64,000 nt of DNA from assembly GCF_030682845.1 (NCBI RefSeq), contig NZ_JAUXNK010000075.1, positions 4,234-68,233 on the forward strand, given 5' to 3'. Below are positions 50,653 to 58,962 of the stretch, piece by piece (the first letter of the stretch is position 1; each line of letters begins with the position of its first letter). This stretch comes from Methanolobus sp. GTDB taxonomy: Archaea > Halobacteriota > Methanosarcinia > Methanosarcinales > Methanosarcinaceae. The translations under genes were made by a program, and so were the position numbers. The notes under the pieces were generated by a model. The model was not told the DNA's origin and made no database searches. It saw nothing but the letters and a program-made list of their open reading frames with translations.

Positions 50653-51733
50653 ATTCCTTTTAATACTGGCTCTGTGCGCGCTTTTCATTGTACCGGTTCC
50701 GGCAGCTACAGTCATTTCAAATGAAGTACAGGTAGAATACTTCTCTGATCTTGCATGCATCAAGTGCACAAGGGCAGCCCCGGTGATCGAAGATGTCGCA
50801 GGCCGGTATGAGAACGTCAATTTTACCCGTTATGATATACGTTCCTCTTTCACATATGCACAGCAATATGGGGTAACCCTTGTACCGGCTGTTGTCATAA
50901 ATAAAAGCCTGGTAATAACTTACGATGACTACAAAGGTGACATCGTAGTACTTGAGAACCTGCTGGTTGAGGGCATAGAGAATCCTCCTGCAGCTGAGGG
51001 TCCGGAAGTGTCCTGGAAAAACGATGCATTTCCAAATGAAGGCCTGATTCTCGGGAAGTCCCATCTGCTTGTATTCATTGCAGGCCTGCTTGCGGGTTTT
51101 AACCCCTGCCTTCTGGCAGTCATGGCCTTCCTGTCATCAGCCATCATATCCTCTAACGGGACCCGCAGGGATCTGCTTACTCTTGTTTGTGGCTTTTGCA
51201 CAGGCATCTTTGTAACATATATGATCGTAGGTATCTGGATACTCAATACTGTAAACTCTTTCCCGAATGTGCAGGAAACCATCACCTTGGTAATGGTCGC
51301 ACTCATTTTTGTTCTGGGGATATGGCACCTTTATGATGCTTTTTACATGAAGATTCATCATAAAGGCACATTCAGGACGCCTCAATTTTTTATCAGGTTC
51401 ATGGGGGAGATCAAAGGCAGGAACATCCTTTTACTCTCTTTCCTCGCAGGCGGCTTATTCTCACTTATAAAAGCTCCATGTGTAGGGGCTGTGTACCTTG
51501 CAATCCTGGATATGCTTATTTCCGGGAGCGACCTTTTAGGAGGTGCTGTGTACCTAGGCCTCTACAACTTTGGCGTAGTCCTGCCTATCCTCATACTGGG
51601 AGGCATGCTTGCTTTCGGGCTGGATCCTGAAAAGGTCTCGGACTTCAAGGAGAGAAGGCGTGTTGAGATACGGCTGATAACCGGAATGACGCTTATCCTG
51701 CTGGCTGTACTGCTGCAATTGAAAGTGATCTGA
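50615..51733 (+). CDS. Thioredoxin/glutaredoxin-like domain fused to CcdA-type membrane domain
   Basis: Signal peptide; CIKC; VPAVVIN; FNPCLLAV and KAPCVGAVY CcdA motifs. Confidence 0.85.
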   Translation: MKKRPVLQQPVIKFLLILALCALFIVPVPAATVISNEVQVEYFSDLACIKCTRAAPVIEDVAGRYENVNFTRYDIRSSFTYAQQYGVTLVPAVVINKSLVITYDDYKGDIVVLENLLVEGIENPPAAEGPEVSWKNDAFPNEGLILGKSHLLVFIAGLLAGFNPCLLAVMAFLSSAIISSNGTRRDLLTLVCGFCTGIFVTYMIVGIWILNTVNSFPNVQETITLVMVALIFVLGIWHLYDAFYMKIHHKGTFRTPQFFIRFMGEIKGRNILLLSFLAGGLFSLIKAPCVGAVYLAILDMLISGSDLLGGAVYLGLYNFGVVLPILILGGMLAFGLDPEKVSDFKERRRVEIRLITGMTLILLAVLLQLKVI

Positions 51734-51763
51734 TGTACATCTTATGGGTTCCGGCATCGGCAC

Positions 51764-52636
51764 TTATTGCCCGAATATCAGGTATGCGGCCATAACGCCT
51801 GCCATGCACACACCCAGGTTCAGTATGATATTTAGGAATGAATATTTCCTCTCTCCTTCCTCGAGGAGCCTGAAGGACTCGTAGGCAAACGTAGAAAAGG
51901 TTGTGAAAGAGCCGAGCACTCCAATGCTCACAAGATATGTCATTGAACCGGATACTGATGAGAATGTAAGTGCGGCAAGTACGAAGCTGCCTATGACATT
52001 CACTGCAAGGGTGCCGGTGGGGATCCCTCCTACCCTCGGAATGGCGCCGGCTACAAGGAACCTGAGAGTTGCACCTGCAAATCCTCCTGTCCCCACAAGC
52101 AACAACTCTGTACTCATTGTATATCCTCCCTCCATGGCCGGGAAAAGTATCAGGATTGATAATCCTGCTACGCCATATGCCATGTGACCCGCATGCCTGC
52201 CTTTAAGAAGAGTCGCCATCGTGTCTGGCAAGGGGAAAAATAATCTCCTTTCCTTCAGACCTGTAAGGTATATCACTATCCCCTTGCCTGCGAAAACTCC
52301 TGCAACCGCGAGGACTGTGTTCCCAAGGATGTTCAGGGATGCAGCCAGGGGCGGCATCTGGAATGTTTGTAATGCAAATGCAGAGAATGTTGTAAAAGAG
52401 CCCAGGAAACCTATCCCGAAGAACATCCTTGCCTTTGGGGTGACATAACCGAGATACTCGGAGTTGTATAGCAAAAAGCCCAGCAGGATGCTGCCGAGCA
52501 CATTGACCACAAGTGTACCCGTGGCCGGGCTGAAATAACCTGAAAGCGCAAACCTGGATGTTGCGCCCAGCACCCCCCCTGTTCCTATTATAAGCAGGGG
52601 CTGGCACTTCTCCTGAAACGTGGCTTCTTTACTCAA
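51764..52636 (-). CDS. crcB: Tandem double Fluc/CrcB fluoride channel in a single ORF
   Basis: Two complete Fluc units (GxxGATxRF, GTLxVNVxGS, GxLGSFTTFSxF) joined by ~50 aa containing a 17-aa hydrophobic stretch. Confidence 0.9.
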   Translation of the reverse strand: MSKEATFQEKCQPLLIIGTGGVLGATSRFALSGYFSPATGTLVVNVLGSILLGFLLYNSEYLGYVTPKARMFFGIGFLGSFTTFSAFALQTFQMPPLAASLNILGNTVLAVAGVFAGKGIVIYLTGLKERRLFFPLPDTMATLLKGRHAGHMAYGVAGLSILILFPAMEGGYTMSTELLLVGTGGFAGATLRFLVAGAIPRVGGIPTGTLAVNVIGSFVLAALTFSSVSGSMTYLVSIGVLGSFTTFSTFAYESFRLLEEGERKYSFLNIILNLGVCMAGVMAAYLIFGQ

Positions 52637-53825
52637 TCAATACAACATCCACTTCATTTCCTTCTTCGTACCCTTCCACGTTCTCAGGTATGATCACAAA
52701 ACCGTTGGATTTGGCGATGGAACTCAGGATCCCCGCTCCTGCGGTCATTAGAGGCCGGGCTGTATTACCTTCCAGTATCACCCTTGCGTAGCTCACATAG
52801 CCTTCCCTGGAATTTATCTTGCCTGTAAGTCTTGCCTTTACGGTGATGTCAGGTATCTGCGGGATGTTTCCTTTTTTGCGTATTGCCGGCTTACCGAAAG
52901 CAAATAGCGCCACCAGTCCTGCGGCAGGGTATCCGGGCATACACAGTACAGGTACATCACCGATGATCCCAAGTGCTGTCGGTTTCCCGGGGCTTAAACC
53001 CACGCCGTGCACAAGCTTCCTGCCCATGGAAGCCACCACCTCGGGCACATAGTCTTTTTCGCCAACAGATGTCCCGCCGGAGATTACTATGAAGTCAGCA
53101 TCGATATTCTCTGAGATAGCTTTCCTTATAAGTTCCCTGTCCTCGGGAACGATTGCGCAGTATCGCGGCAGTGCACCCCACTGACTGGCATACAGGCCTA
53201 TCATGAGGCTGTTGATATCCAGTGTCTTCCCCGGAGGTGGCACCTCTCTGCTGCTCTCAAGCAGTATAAGGTCGTTACCTGTGGGAATGATGGCAACCAG
53301 CGCCCTGGAGTAAACCTTTATTTCCCTTATTCCGAGTGAAGCGAGCACTGCTATGTCGCAGGGTCGCAGCAGATGGCCTTTGTAGAATATGATCTCATTC
53401 TGCCTCACATCCTCGCCTATGTCGCCTATGTTCTTTCCCGGATGGACCTGTGCGCGCACCTCTATCATATCTCCGATACATATTGTGTCCTCTTCCATGA
53501 GCACGGCATCGGCAGCATCAGGTACATAGGCTCCCGTATTCATTGGGCAGCAAATGCCCTCATTCACTTCGTCCTGAATCAGCAGCATCACAGGGTTGGT
53601 TGGTGAGGCTCCCAGGATGTCAGTTGAACGGACAGCATAGCCATCCATGGCAGAGCGGCGGTAGTGAGGCACATTTCTCGGTGCAAGTATGCTGGTTGCA
53701 AGCACCCTTCCCACACCTTCATTGATCGCTACTATGTCAGTGCGTTCCAGGGAGCTTATCTCTCCAAGGAACTTCTCTCTTGCTTCATTCACACTGCTGC
53801 GCTCTTTAAATATCCTGCTGTCCAT
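52629..53825 (-). CDS. moeA: Molybdopterin molybdenumtransferase
   Basis: SAMDGYAV, TGA.VP..ADAV, PTGNDL, SGGTSVG.KD, PGKP, PGYP. Confidence 0.94.
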   Translation of the reverse strand: MDSRIFKERSSVNEAREKFLGEISSLERTDIVAINEGVGRVLATSILAPRNVPHYRRSAMDGYAVRSTDILGASPTNPVMLLIQDEVNEGICCPMNTGAYVPDAADAVLMEEDTICIGDMIEVRAQVHPGKNIGDIGEDVRQNEIIFYKGHLLRPCDIAVLASLGIREIKVYSRALVAIIPTGNDLILLESSREVPPPGKTLDINSLMIGLYASQWGALPRYCAIVPEDRELIRKAISENIDADFIVISGGTSVGEKDYVPEVVASMGRKLVHGVGLSPGKPTALGIIGDVPVLCMPGYPAAGLVALFAFGKPAIRKKGNIPQIPDITVKARLTGKINSREGYVSYARVILEGNTARPLMTAGAGILSSIAKSNGFVIIPENVEGYEEGNEVDVVLIE

Positions 53826-53840
53826 GCTTTATCCTCAAGC

Positions 53841-54125
53841 TTATCCGCCGGATACGGGCGGGAAAACACCTAGCTCGTCCCTGTCCTTGACTTCCGTTGC
53901 GAGGCTCTCCATATGTTTTACATTGTTCCCGTTGAGGAACACATTGATGTACCCGCGAAGCTTAGGCTCATCGCCTGTTCTTTCAAAAACCATTTCCTTT
54001 AAGGCGGGGTACCGGTCTGTAAGAGAGAACAAAACTTCCTGCACGGTATCTCCGCTGAGCATAATCGCAGATTCGCCTGCGATCTCTCTCAGGTTTGCGA
54101 ATAGTTTGACCTTGACCATTGCCAT
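53841..54125 (-). CDS. MoaD/SAMP ubiquitin-like sulfur carrier
   Basis: VKLFANLRE, INVFLNG, FPPVSGG C-terminus. Confidence 0.92.
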   Translation of the reverse strand: MAMVKVKLFANLREIAGESAIMLSGDTVQEVLFSLTDRYPALKEMVFERTGDEPKLRGYINVFLNGNNVKHMESLATEVKDRDELGVFPPVSGG

Positions 54126-54231
54126 GGACCTCTATTCTAAACGTATAATTAATAAATCTATTCCAGTTCGGGAATTTTAGACAAAAATGTGTGACAAATG
54201 AATGTGTGGCATATTTGAAAATTTGGATAAG

Positions 54232-54309
54232 TGGTGGGATAGCGCGGATTTGAACCGCGGTCCAAGCGTCCCAAACGCTCGAGGATGGACCAAGCTACCC
54301 TACTATCCC
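54232..54309 (-). tRNA. tRNA-Pro(UGG) with encoded CCA
   Basis: GGGATAG acceptor stem; anticodon arm GAGCG-TTTGGGA-CGCTT; T arm CGCGG-TTCAAAT-CCGCG; 3' CTATCCC-A-CCA. Confidence 0.97.
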
Positions 54310-54418
54310 ATTTTGATTCAGAAGGGTAGCTGCTCAATATACTTTCTCGGTTAAATAGGTTGCGTGAGAAAAGGTCTTGATGCAGGGTAATCCGGCTAAA
54401 TATCTCCGGATACAGGGT

Positions 54419-55192
54419 CTAACGATCTCCTGCCTTATCAAAAGACCAGCTTCCAAGCAGTATCATGGTAAGTGCGAATACTATTATGACTGTCATGGAA
54501 CGCATGATCGGTATTTCGGATACGCCAAGAAGCGCCCACCTGAGAGCTTCCACGCCATAGGTGAGGGGGTTGAGCTGAACAGGTATGCTTAGCCATGGAG
54601 GAAGGTTGGCCATGGGATAGAATGCCGTGCTTGCCATCAGTGTAGGGAACGTGATGAATGTCATCATCATCTGGAAGCCTTCATGAGATTCTATCCTTGA
54701 CGCAAGGGTGATCCCAAGTCCGATGAAGCCCATGCCTGTAATGAACATTATCAGGATGCTTAATATCTGCCCCATGACAGATGTGTAGTCCACAATGAAC
54801 AGTCCGCTGATGATCATAAGCAGCGTTCCCTGCACCATAGCTGCTGTCACGCCACCTGCAGCTTTCCCCAGAGCTGTGTAGAAGCGGCTTACAGGCGCCA
54901 CAAGTATCTCTTTGAGAAAACCGAACTCACGGTCCCATATGATGGAAACACCACCCATGAGCGATGCGAACAGCACAGACATGCCGATGATGCCCGGGGC
55001 CATATAGTCAATGTAACTGCCATTGCGCATGGTCATTGTGCTTCCCAGGGCAGACCCCATTATGACAAGAAAAAACAACGGTGTGGCAAGTGACCCGATT
55101 ATCCTTGAGCGTGAGCGCCTGTATCGAAGCATCTCCCGAAGCCACAGGGTGAATACAGTGTTCATGCTATGCTTCATCCCGGTGAGGCCCAT
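54419..55192 (-). CDS. ABC-2 type (DrrB/NodJ-like) exporter permease; true start may be 55165-55177
   Basis: WLRE..R..RSR, PGII.MSVLF.S, DREFGFLKEILVAP, NPLTYGV.ALR. Confidence 0.9.
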   Translation of the reverse strand: MGLTGMKHSMNTVFTLWLREMLRYRRSRSRIIGSLATPLFFLVIMGSALGSTMTMRNGSYIDYMAPGIIGMSVLFASLMGGVSIIWDREFGFLKEILVAPVSRFYTALGKAAGGVTAAMVQGTLLMIISGLFIVDYTSVMGQILSILIMFITGMGFIGLGITLASRIESHEGFQMMMTFITFPTLMASTAFYPMANLPPWLSIPVQLNPLTYGVEALRWALLGVSEIPIMRSMTVIIVFALTMILLGSWSFDKAGDR

Positions 55193-55193
55193 A

Positions 55194-55745
55194 TTATCTC
55201 CAGCGTTTGTACACTTCGTTATCGATGCCCATGAGGTCCAGTGCCCTGCCTGCCATGGAATTGACCAGATCGTCTATTGTCTGCGGCCTGGAGTAGAAAC
55301 CGGGGCATGCAGGGAGTATTATTGCGCCTGCCCGTTCGAGTTTGAGCATGTTTTCCAGGTGTATCTGGTTGAATGGCGCTTCTCTGGGCATCAGGACAAG
55401 CCTTCTCCTCTCTTTCAGGCACACATCCGCCGCGCGCCCAAGCAGGTTATTGGACATGCCACAGGCGATCTCACCCAGCGTTTTCATGCTGCAGGGGGCG
55501 ACCAGCATCCCGGCGAACCGGTGAGATCCGCTTGCAATAGGCGCTGTAAGCTCTCCTTCCCCATATACGTGGCTTGCCAGGTCTTCTATTTCAATGACAG
55601 AATAATCAGTTTCAATCTCTATTATCTGCTTCGCGGTCTTAGTTATGACAAGGTGGGTTACAATATCCATTTTAGAAAGGATCTCCAATAACCTTATCCC
55701 GTATATGGAACCCGATGCACCGCTGATACCAATGACTATTTCCAT
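55194..55745 (-). CDS. ubiX: Flavin prenyltransferase
   Basis: GISGASGSIYG, IASGS, APCSMKTL, KERRRLVL.PRE.P, PGFY. Confidence 0.95.
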   Translation of the reverse strand: MEIVIGISGASGSIYGIRLLEILSKMDIVTHLVITKTAKQIIEIETDYSVIEIEDLASHVYGEGELTAPIASGSHRFAGMLVAPCSMKTLGEIACGMSNNLLGRAADVCLKERRRLVLMPREAPFNQIHLENMLKLERAGAIILPACPGFYSRPQTIDDLVNSMAGRALDLMGIDNEVYKRWR

Positions 55746-56125
55746 TTTTTATCCTCCCGCAGGATGTCCGATAGTTCATCTATCATCCCTTCTGAAACGT
55801 CGACTATCTCGTCTATCTCCTTTTTAGTTATACTGTCCACATGGATACCAACTATAAATACAATTGTCGAGCGACTGGCTTCACTCAACTGCCTCGCTCC
55901 CTTAAGCGCGAGTTCATCTTCCCTGTGCCCGGGTGCGGTTATCACAGAGGATGAAGCACGCCCTGATATGCTGTCAAAGCTACCCAATGCCACCGCCCCC
56001 ACATGTGCCCTGCCGCCAGTAAGCCGCGCGCTATAGTCGCTGCCTAGCTTTTCCCATTCAAGTAAAAGGGCTGTTCTACCTAAAACACGCTCTATGCGCT
56101 GGCAGGGCAATTGGCGGCTTTCCAA
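55736..56125 (-). CDS. LpdD-like prenylated-flavin chaperone
   Basis: GG..HVGAV, PGHRED.LA, GIHVD.IT..EI; overlaps ubiX. Confidence 0.65.
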   Translation of the reverse strand: MESRQLPCQRIERVLGRTALLLEWEKLGSDYSARLTGGRAHVGAVALGSFDSISGRASSSVITAPGHREDELALKGARQLSEASRSTIVFIVGIHVDSITKKEIDEIVDVSEGMIDELSDILREDKKWK

Positions 56126-56126
56126 G

Positions 56127-57329
56127 CTATACCTCCAGGTCCGTCAAACGGAACTGTCTTGTTTCTCTCTTGATATCAAAGAAGTCCCTAGCAGCTTTTC
56201 CTACTGCTTCACGGTTCTCTTGTGTGGTGTAGACTCCCATCTTCCAGTTATCCCTGTGAGCTTGCTCCAGCGTTGCCACAACATGCGAAGCCTCATCCAG
56301 GCGCAGCATCCTTCCGTTCATCTTGACAAGTGCTTTCATCTCGACTATCTCAGGGTCTCTTGGTATATCGATGAGGACTTCCTTGCTGTCAATGCCCACA
56401 ATGTCGGCAATCTCAGCTTCGATGCGCCGGACGTTTTTGCGCTGCTTGAGCACACCTTCCCCCACATCCTCAAAACCAACATAAAGGGCTCTCTTGTACA
56501 GTTTCCTGTCATCAAGTCTTGCTGCAAGTTCTCCGGCATAGCCGCTATTGTTACGCATTGTCTCGAATATCCTGGCGTCGTCCATCCTCCTCAGCTCAAA
56601 GGGGTCAAGCATTTCCTGCTGGATGAGGTCTTCAACAGCCCTGACAAACATTGTCTCAGCAATCCTGGACACATGATGGTAGTATACCGAAGGATGCATC
56701 AGGAACCTGGAAACAAGCAGCGATTCCGCAGCCTTTACGCCGCCTGCGGCGACAACCAGTTTGTTCTCATAGAACTGCATCTCGTTTATCAGCCTTGCAT
56801 GGTCCACAAGTCCGAATGCAACGCCCGTATAATGTGAATCCCTCACAAGATAGTCCATTTTATCCACATCTATCTCGCTGTTGAGTATTTTGCCAAAATC
56901 CGTCTGCCCCTGGATATGTCTCTCGACCTTTACGGGATTGATGCCATGTTCGCCCAGTATCTCGGCAATTTCTCCCTTTTTCAATATGTCCCGTATATCT
57001 TCGTGTCCCTGCCTGGTATAGTGCTTCACCAGCCCTTCGGTCACATGAGAGAAAGGCCCGTGTCCGAGGTCATGCAACAGGGCAGCAACCCGCAGTTCCT
57101 CTTTTTCTTCCCTTGTGACAGTGTCTATCCTGGATGTGAGCATACCTGCAAGATGCATCACTCCGAGGGAGTGCTCAAAACGGGTGTGATTAGCTCCCGG
57201 ATAGACCAGGTTTGAAAGCCCCAGCTGGCTTATTCTCCTGAGGCGCTGCATTGGAGAAGAATCTATCAGGGCCATGGTGAGGGCGTCAAGTTCTATATAT
57301 CCATGGATAGGGTCACGGATGACTTTCAT
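56127..57329 (-). CDS. HD-domain phosphohydrolase (SAMHD1-like dNTPase family)
   Basis: IRDPIHG, QRLRRI.QLG, HTRFEHSLG, LLHD.GHGPFSH, DVDKMDY. Confidence 0.92.
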   Translation of the reverse strand: MKVIRDPIHGYIELDALTMALIDSSPMQRLRRISQLGLSNLVYPGANHTRFEHSLGVMHLAGMLTSRIDTVTREEKEELRVAALLHDLGHGPFSHVTEGLVKHYTRQGHEDIRDILKKGEIAEILGEHGINPVKVERHIQGQTDFGKILNSEIDVDKMDYLVRDSHYTGVAFGLVDHARLINEMQFYENKLVVAAGGVKAAESLLVSRFLMHPSVYYHHVSRIAETMFVRAVEDLIQQEMLDPFELRRMDDARIFETMRNNSGYAGELAARLDDRKLYKRALYVGFEDVGEGVLKQRKNVRRIEAEIADIVGIDSKEVLIDIPRDPEIVEMKALVKMNGRMLRLDEASHVVATLEQAHRDNWKMGVYTTQENREAVGKAARDFFDIKRETRQFRLTDLEV

Positions 57330-57410
57330 ATATTTTAAATATATTTCATGGTATAAATGCTATCTTGATTGTAATCCCTTATATTCCGCTAAGCGAAGAG
57401 AGAAATTAAC

Positions 57411-58328
57411 ATGCTTGTATTATCTGGTGGGACAGGAACCCCAAAATTGCTGAACGGCCTTCGTAAAGTGATGCCTGAAGAAGACATCACTGTGATTGTG
57501 AATACTGCAGAGGATCTGTGGGTTTCCGGTAACCTGGTGACCCCGGACATAGACACGGTGCTCTATCTGTTCTCGGACAGGATCGACCTTGATAAATGGT
57601 GGGGTGTGTCAGGCGATACTTTTTGCACATATGAGCTTATGAGGTCGCTAGGACACAGGGAAAGGATGATGCTGGGAGACCTCGACCGCGCTACTCATAT
57701 CATCCGCACAGAGTACCTGCGCAATGGTTATTCGCTGACCGATTCCATCAGGAGTTTGTCAGCCTCCATGGGGATAAAAGCCAAAGTACTGCCCATGTCG
57801 GATGATCAGGTCGCGACCATGATAGTAACTCCGGCAGGAAAGATGCATTTCCAGGACTTCTGGATAGCTAATCACGGGAAGCCTGAAGTGCTGGACGTGT
57901 TTCAGGAAGGGATAGAAACGGCAACAATATCACCTGCTGTCCTGGAAGCCCTGGAAGCTGAGGAGTATATCCTGATAGGCCCAAGCAACCCGATAACAAG
58001 TATCGGTCCGATAATAGGATTACCGGGGATGGTGGACATCCTCAGGACTAAGAAGGTCATTGCAGTCAGTCCTGTTATAGGAAATGAGCCCGTGAGTGGC
58101 CCTGCAGGAAAGCTGATGCGTTCAAAAGGATTACCCGTATCATCGGCAGGTGTGGCAGCCTATTACAAGGAGTTCCTGGATATAATGGTTATCGATAATC
58201 GCGACACTGCAGATGAATCCATGTTTGAGGAAATAGGCTGTAAAGTGGTGCGCGCCGATACTCTCATGAAGAACCGGGAAATAAGTATGGATCTATCCCG
58301 CATGGTAATGGAACAGTTCAATGCCTGA
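57411..58328 (+). CDS. cofD: 2-phospho-L-lactate transferase (F420 biosynthesis)
   Basis: SGGTGTPKLL, NTAED, PDIDTVLY, GD.DRATH, HFQDFW, GPSNPITSIGP, GPAGKLM. Confidence 0.95.
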   Translation: MLVLSGGTGTPKLLNGLRKVMPEEDITVIVNTAEDLWVSGNLVTPDIDTVLYLFSDRIDLDKWWGVSGDTFCTYELMRSLGHRERMMLGDLDRATHIIRTEYLRNGYSLTDSIRSLSASMGIKAKVLPMSDDQVATMIVTPAGKMHFQDFWIANHGKPEVLDVFQEGIETATISPAVLEALEAEEYILIGPSNPITSIGPIIGLPGMVDILRTKKVIAVSPVIGNEPVSGPAGKLMRSKGLPVSSAGVAAYYKEFLDIMVIDNRDTADESMFEEIGCKVVRADTLMKNREISMDLSRMVMEQFNA

Positions 58329-58380
58329 AGCGTTTTCAGGTCGATGCCCTCTTTTTTGCTTTTGATGGTGCTGCCGGAGT

Positions 58381-58409
58381 TTCAGGTTCTGCCCCGAACA
58401 TCCTGAAAA
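58381..58409 (+). terminator. Possible hairpin downstream of cofD
   Basis: TTTCAGG/CCTGAAA 7-bp stem. Confidence 0.35.
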
Positions 58410-58517
58410 GGCTTGTTTTACATTTGGCGTTTTAGTAAATACATTTTTATTATCCTAATATCATATTACTACTGATATATTGCAAAATGTTATTTAATAT
58501 CTCTACAAGGTGAAATT

Positions 58518-58925
58518 GTGGGCGATGAATGGAAAATAGACCTTAAGATTCCTGATATAGGGACAATGATCACACTTCTGGCAACTGCGATATGTTCAGT
58601 TATCCTGAGCGCGGCGGAGATCGCTTACACAATGATGTGGATAACTTCAGCTTACGAGAGGAACGGCAAGGACTTTTTTATCGATCTTCTTAATGCGAAG
58701 GCCCTTACATGGACAGCGGAGTACATAGTCGTTGCAGGTTCACTCCTGCTCATATCATCTCTTTTCTTCCTGCTTTCCATGACCCTCTCATTGTATGGGC
58801 TGAACACGCTTGCAAAAAAAGAAGACAAAAAGGTACACACAACTATTACCTTTACACTGTTTGCCATTGGAATGGTCTTACTTTTCATGGCGCTGATATC
58901 AGCAATAATACTGAGGTACCTGTAA
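58518..58925 (+). CDS. Uncharacterised 3-TM membrane protein
   Basis: Three hydrophobic segments; GTG start after AGGTGA. Confidence 0.7.
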   Translation: MGDEWKIDLKIPDIGTMITLLATAICSVILSAAEIAYTMMWITSAYERNGKDFFIDLLNAKALTWTAEYIVVAGSLLLISSLFFLLSMTLSLYGLNTLAKKEDKKVHTTITFTLFAIGMVLLFMALISAIILRYL

Positions 58926-58962
58926 ACATGATCCGGTCATCCTTGTCAAGGAAGGCGATAAT

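Noticed and set aside
52133-52235. Fluoride riboswitch hidden in the crcB-crcB linker (GATGG, AAAGGC, CTGATAC and a CAGGATT/AATCCTG hairpin)
   Set aside because: The P1 helix and pseudoknot partner of the crcB-motif consensus cannot be formed, and the 3' TAATGAC/CTGATGAC-CCTAC element is incomplete.
54232-54309. tRNA-Pro as an integration site of a mobile element
   Set aside because: No integrase or transposase and no duplicated tRNA 3' end was found in the window.
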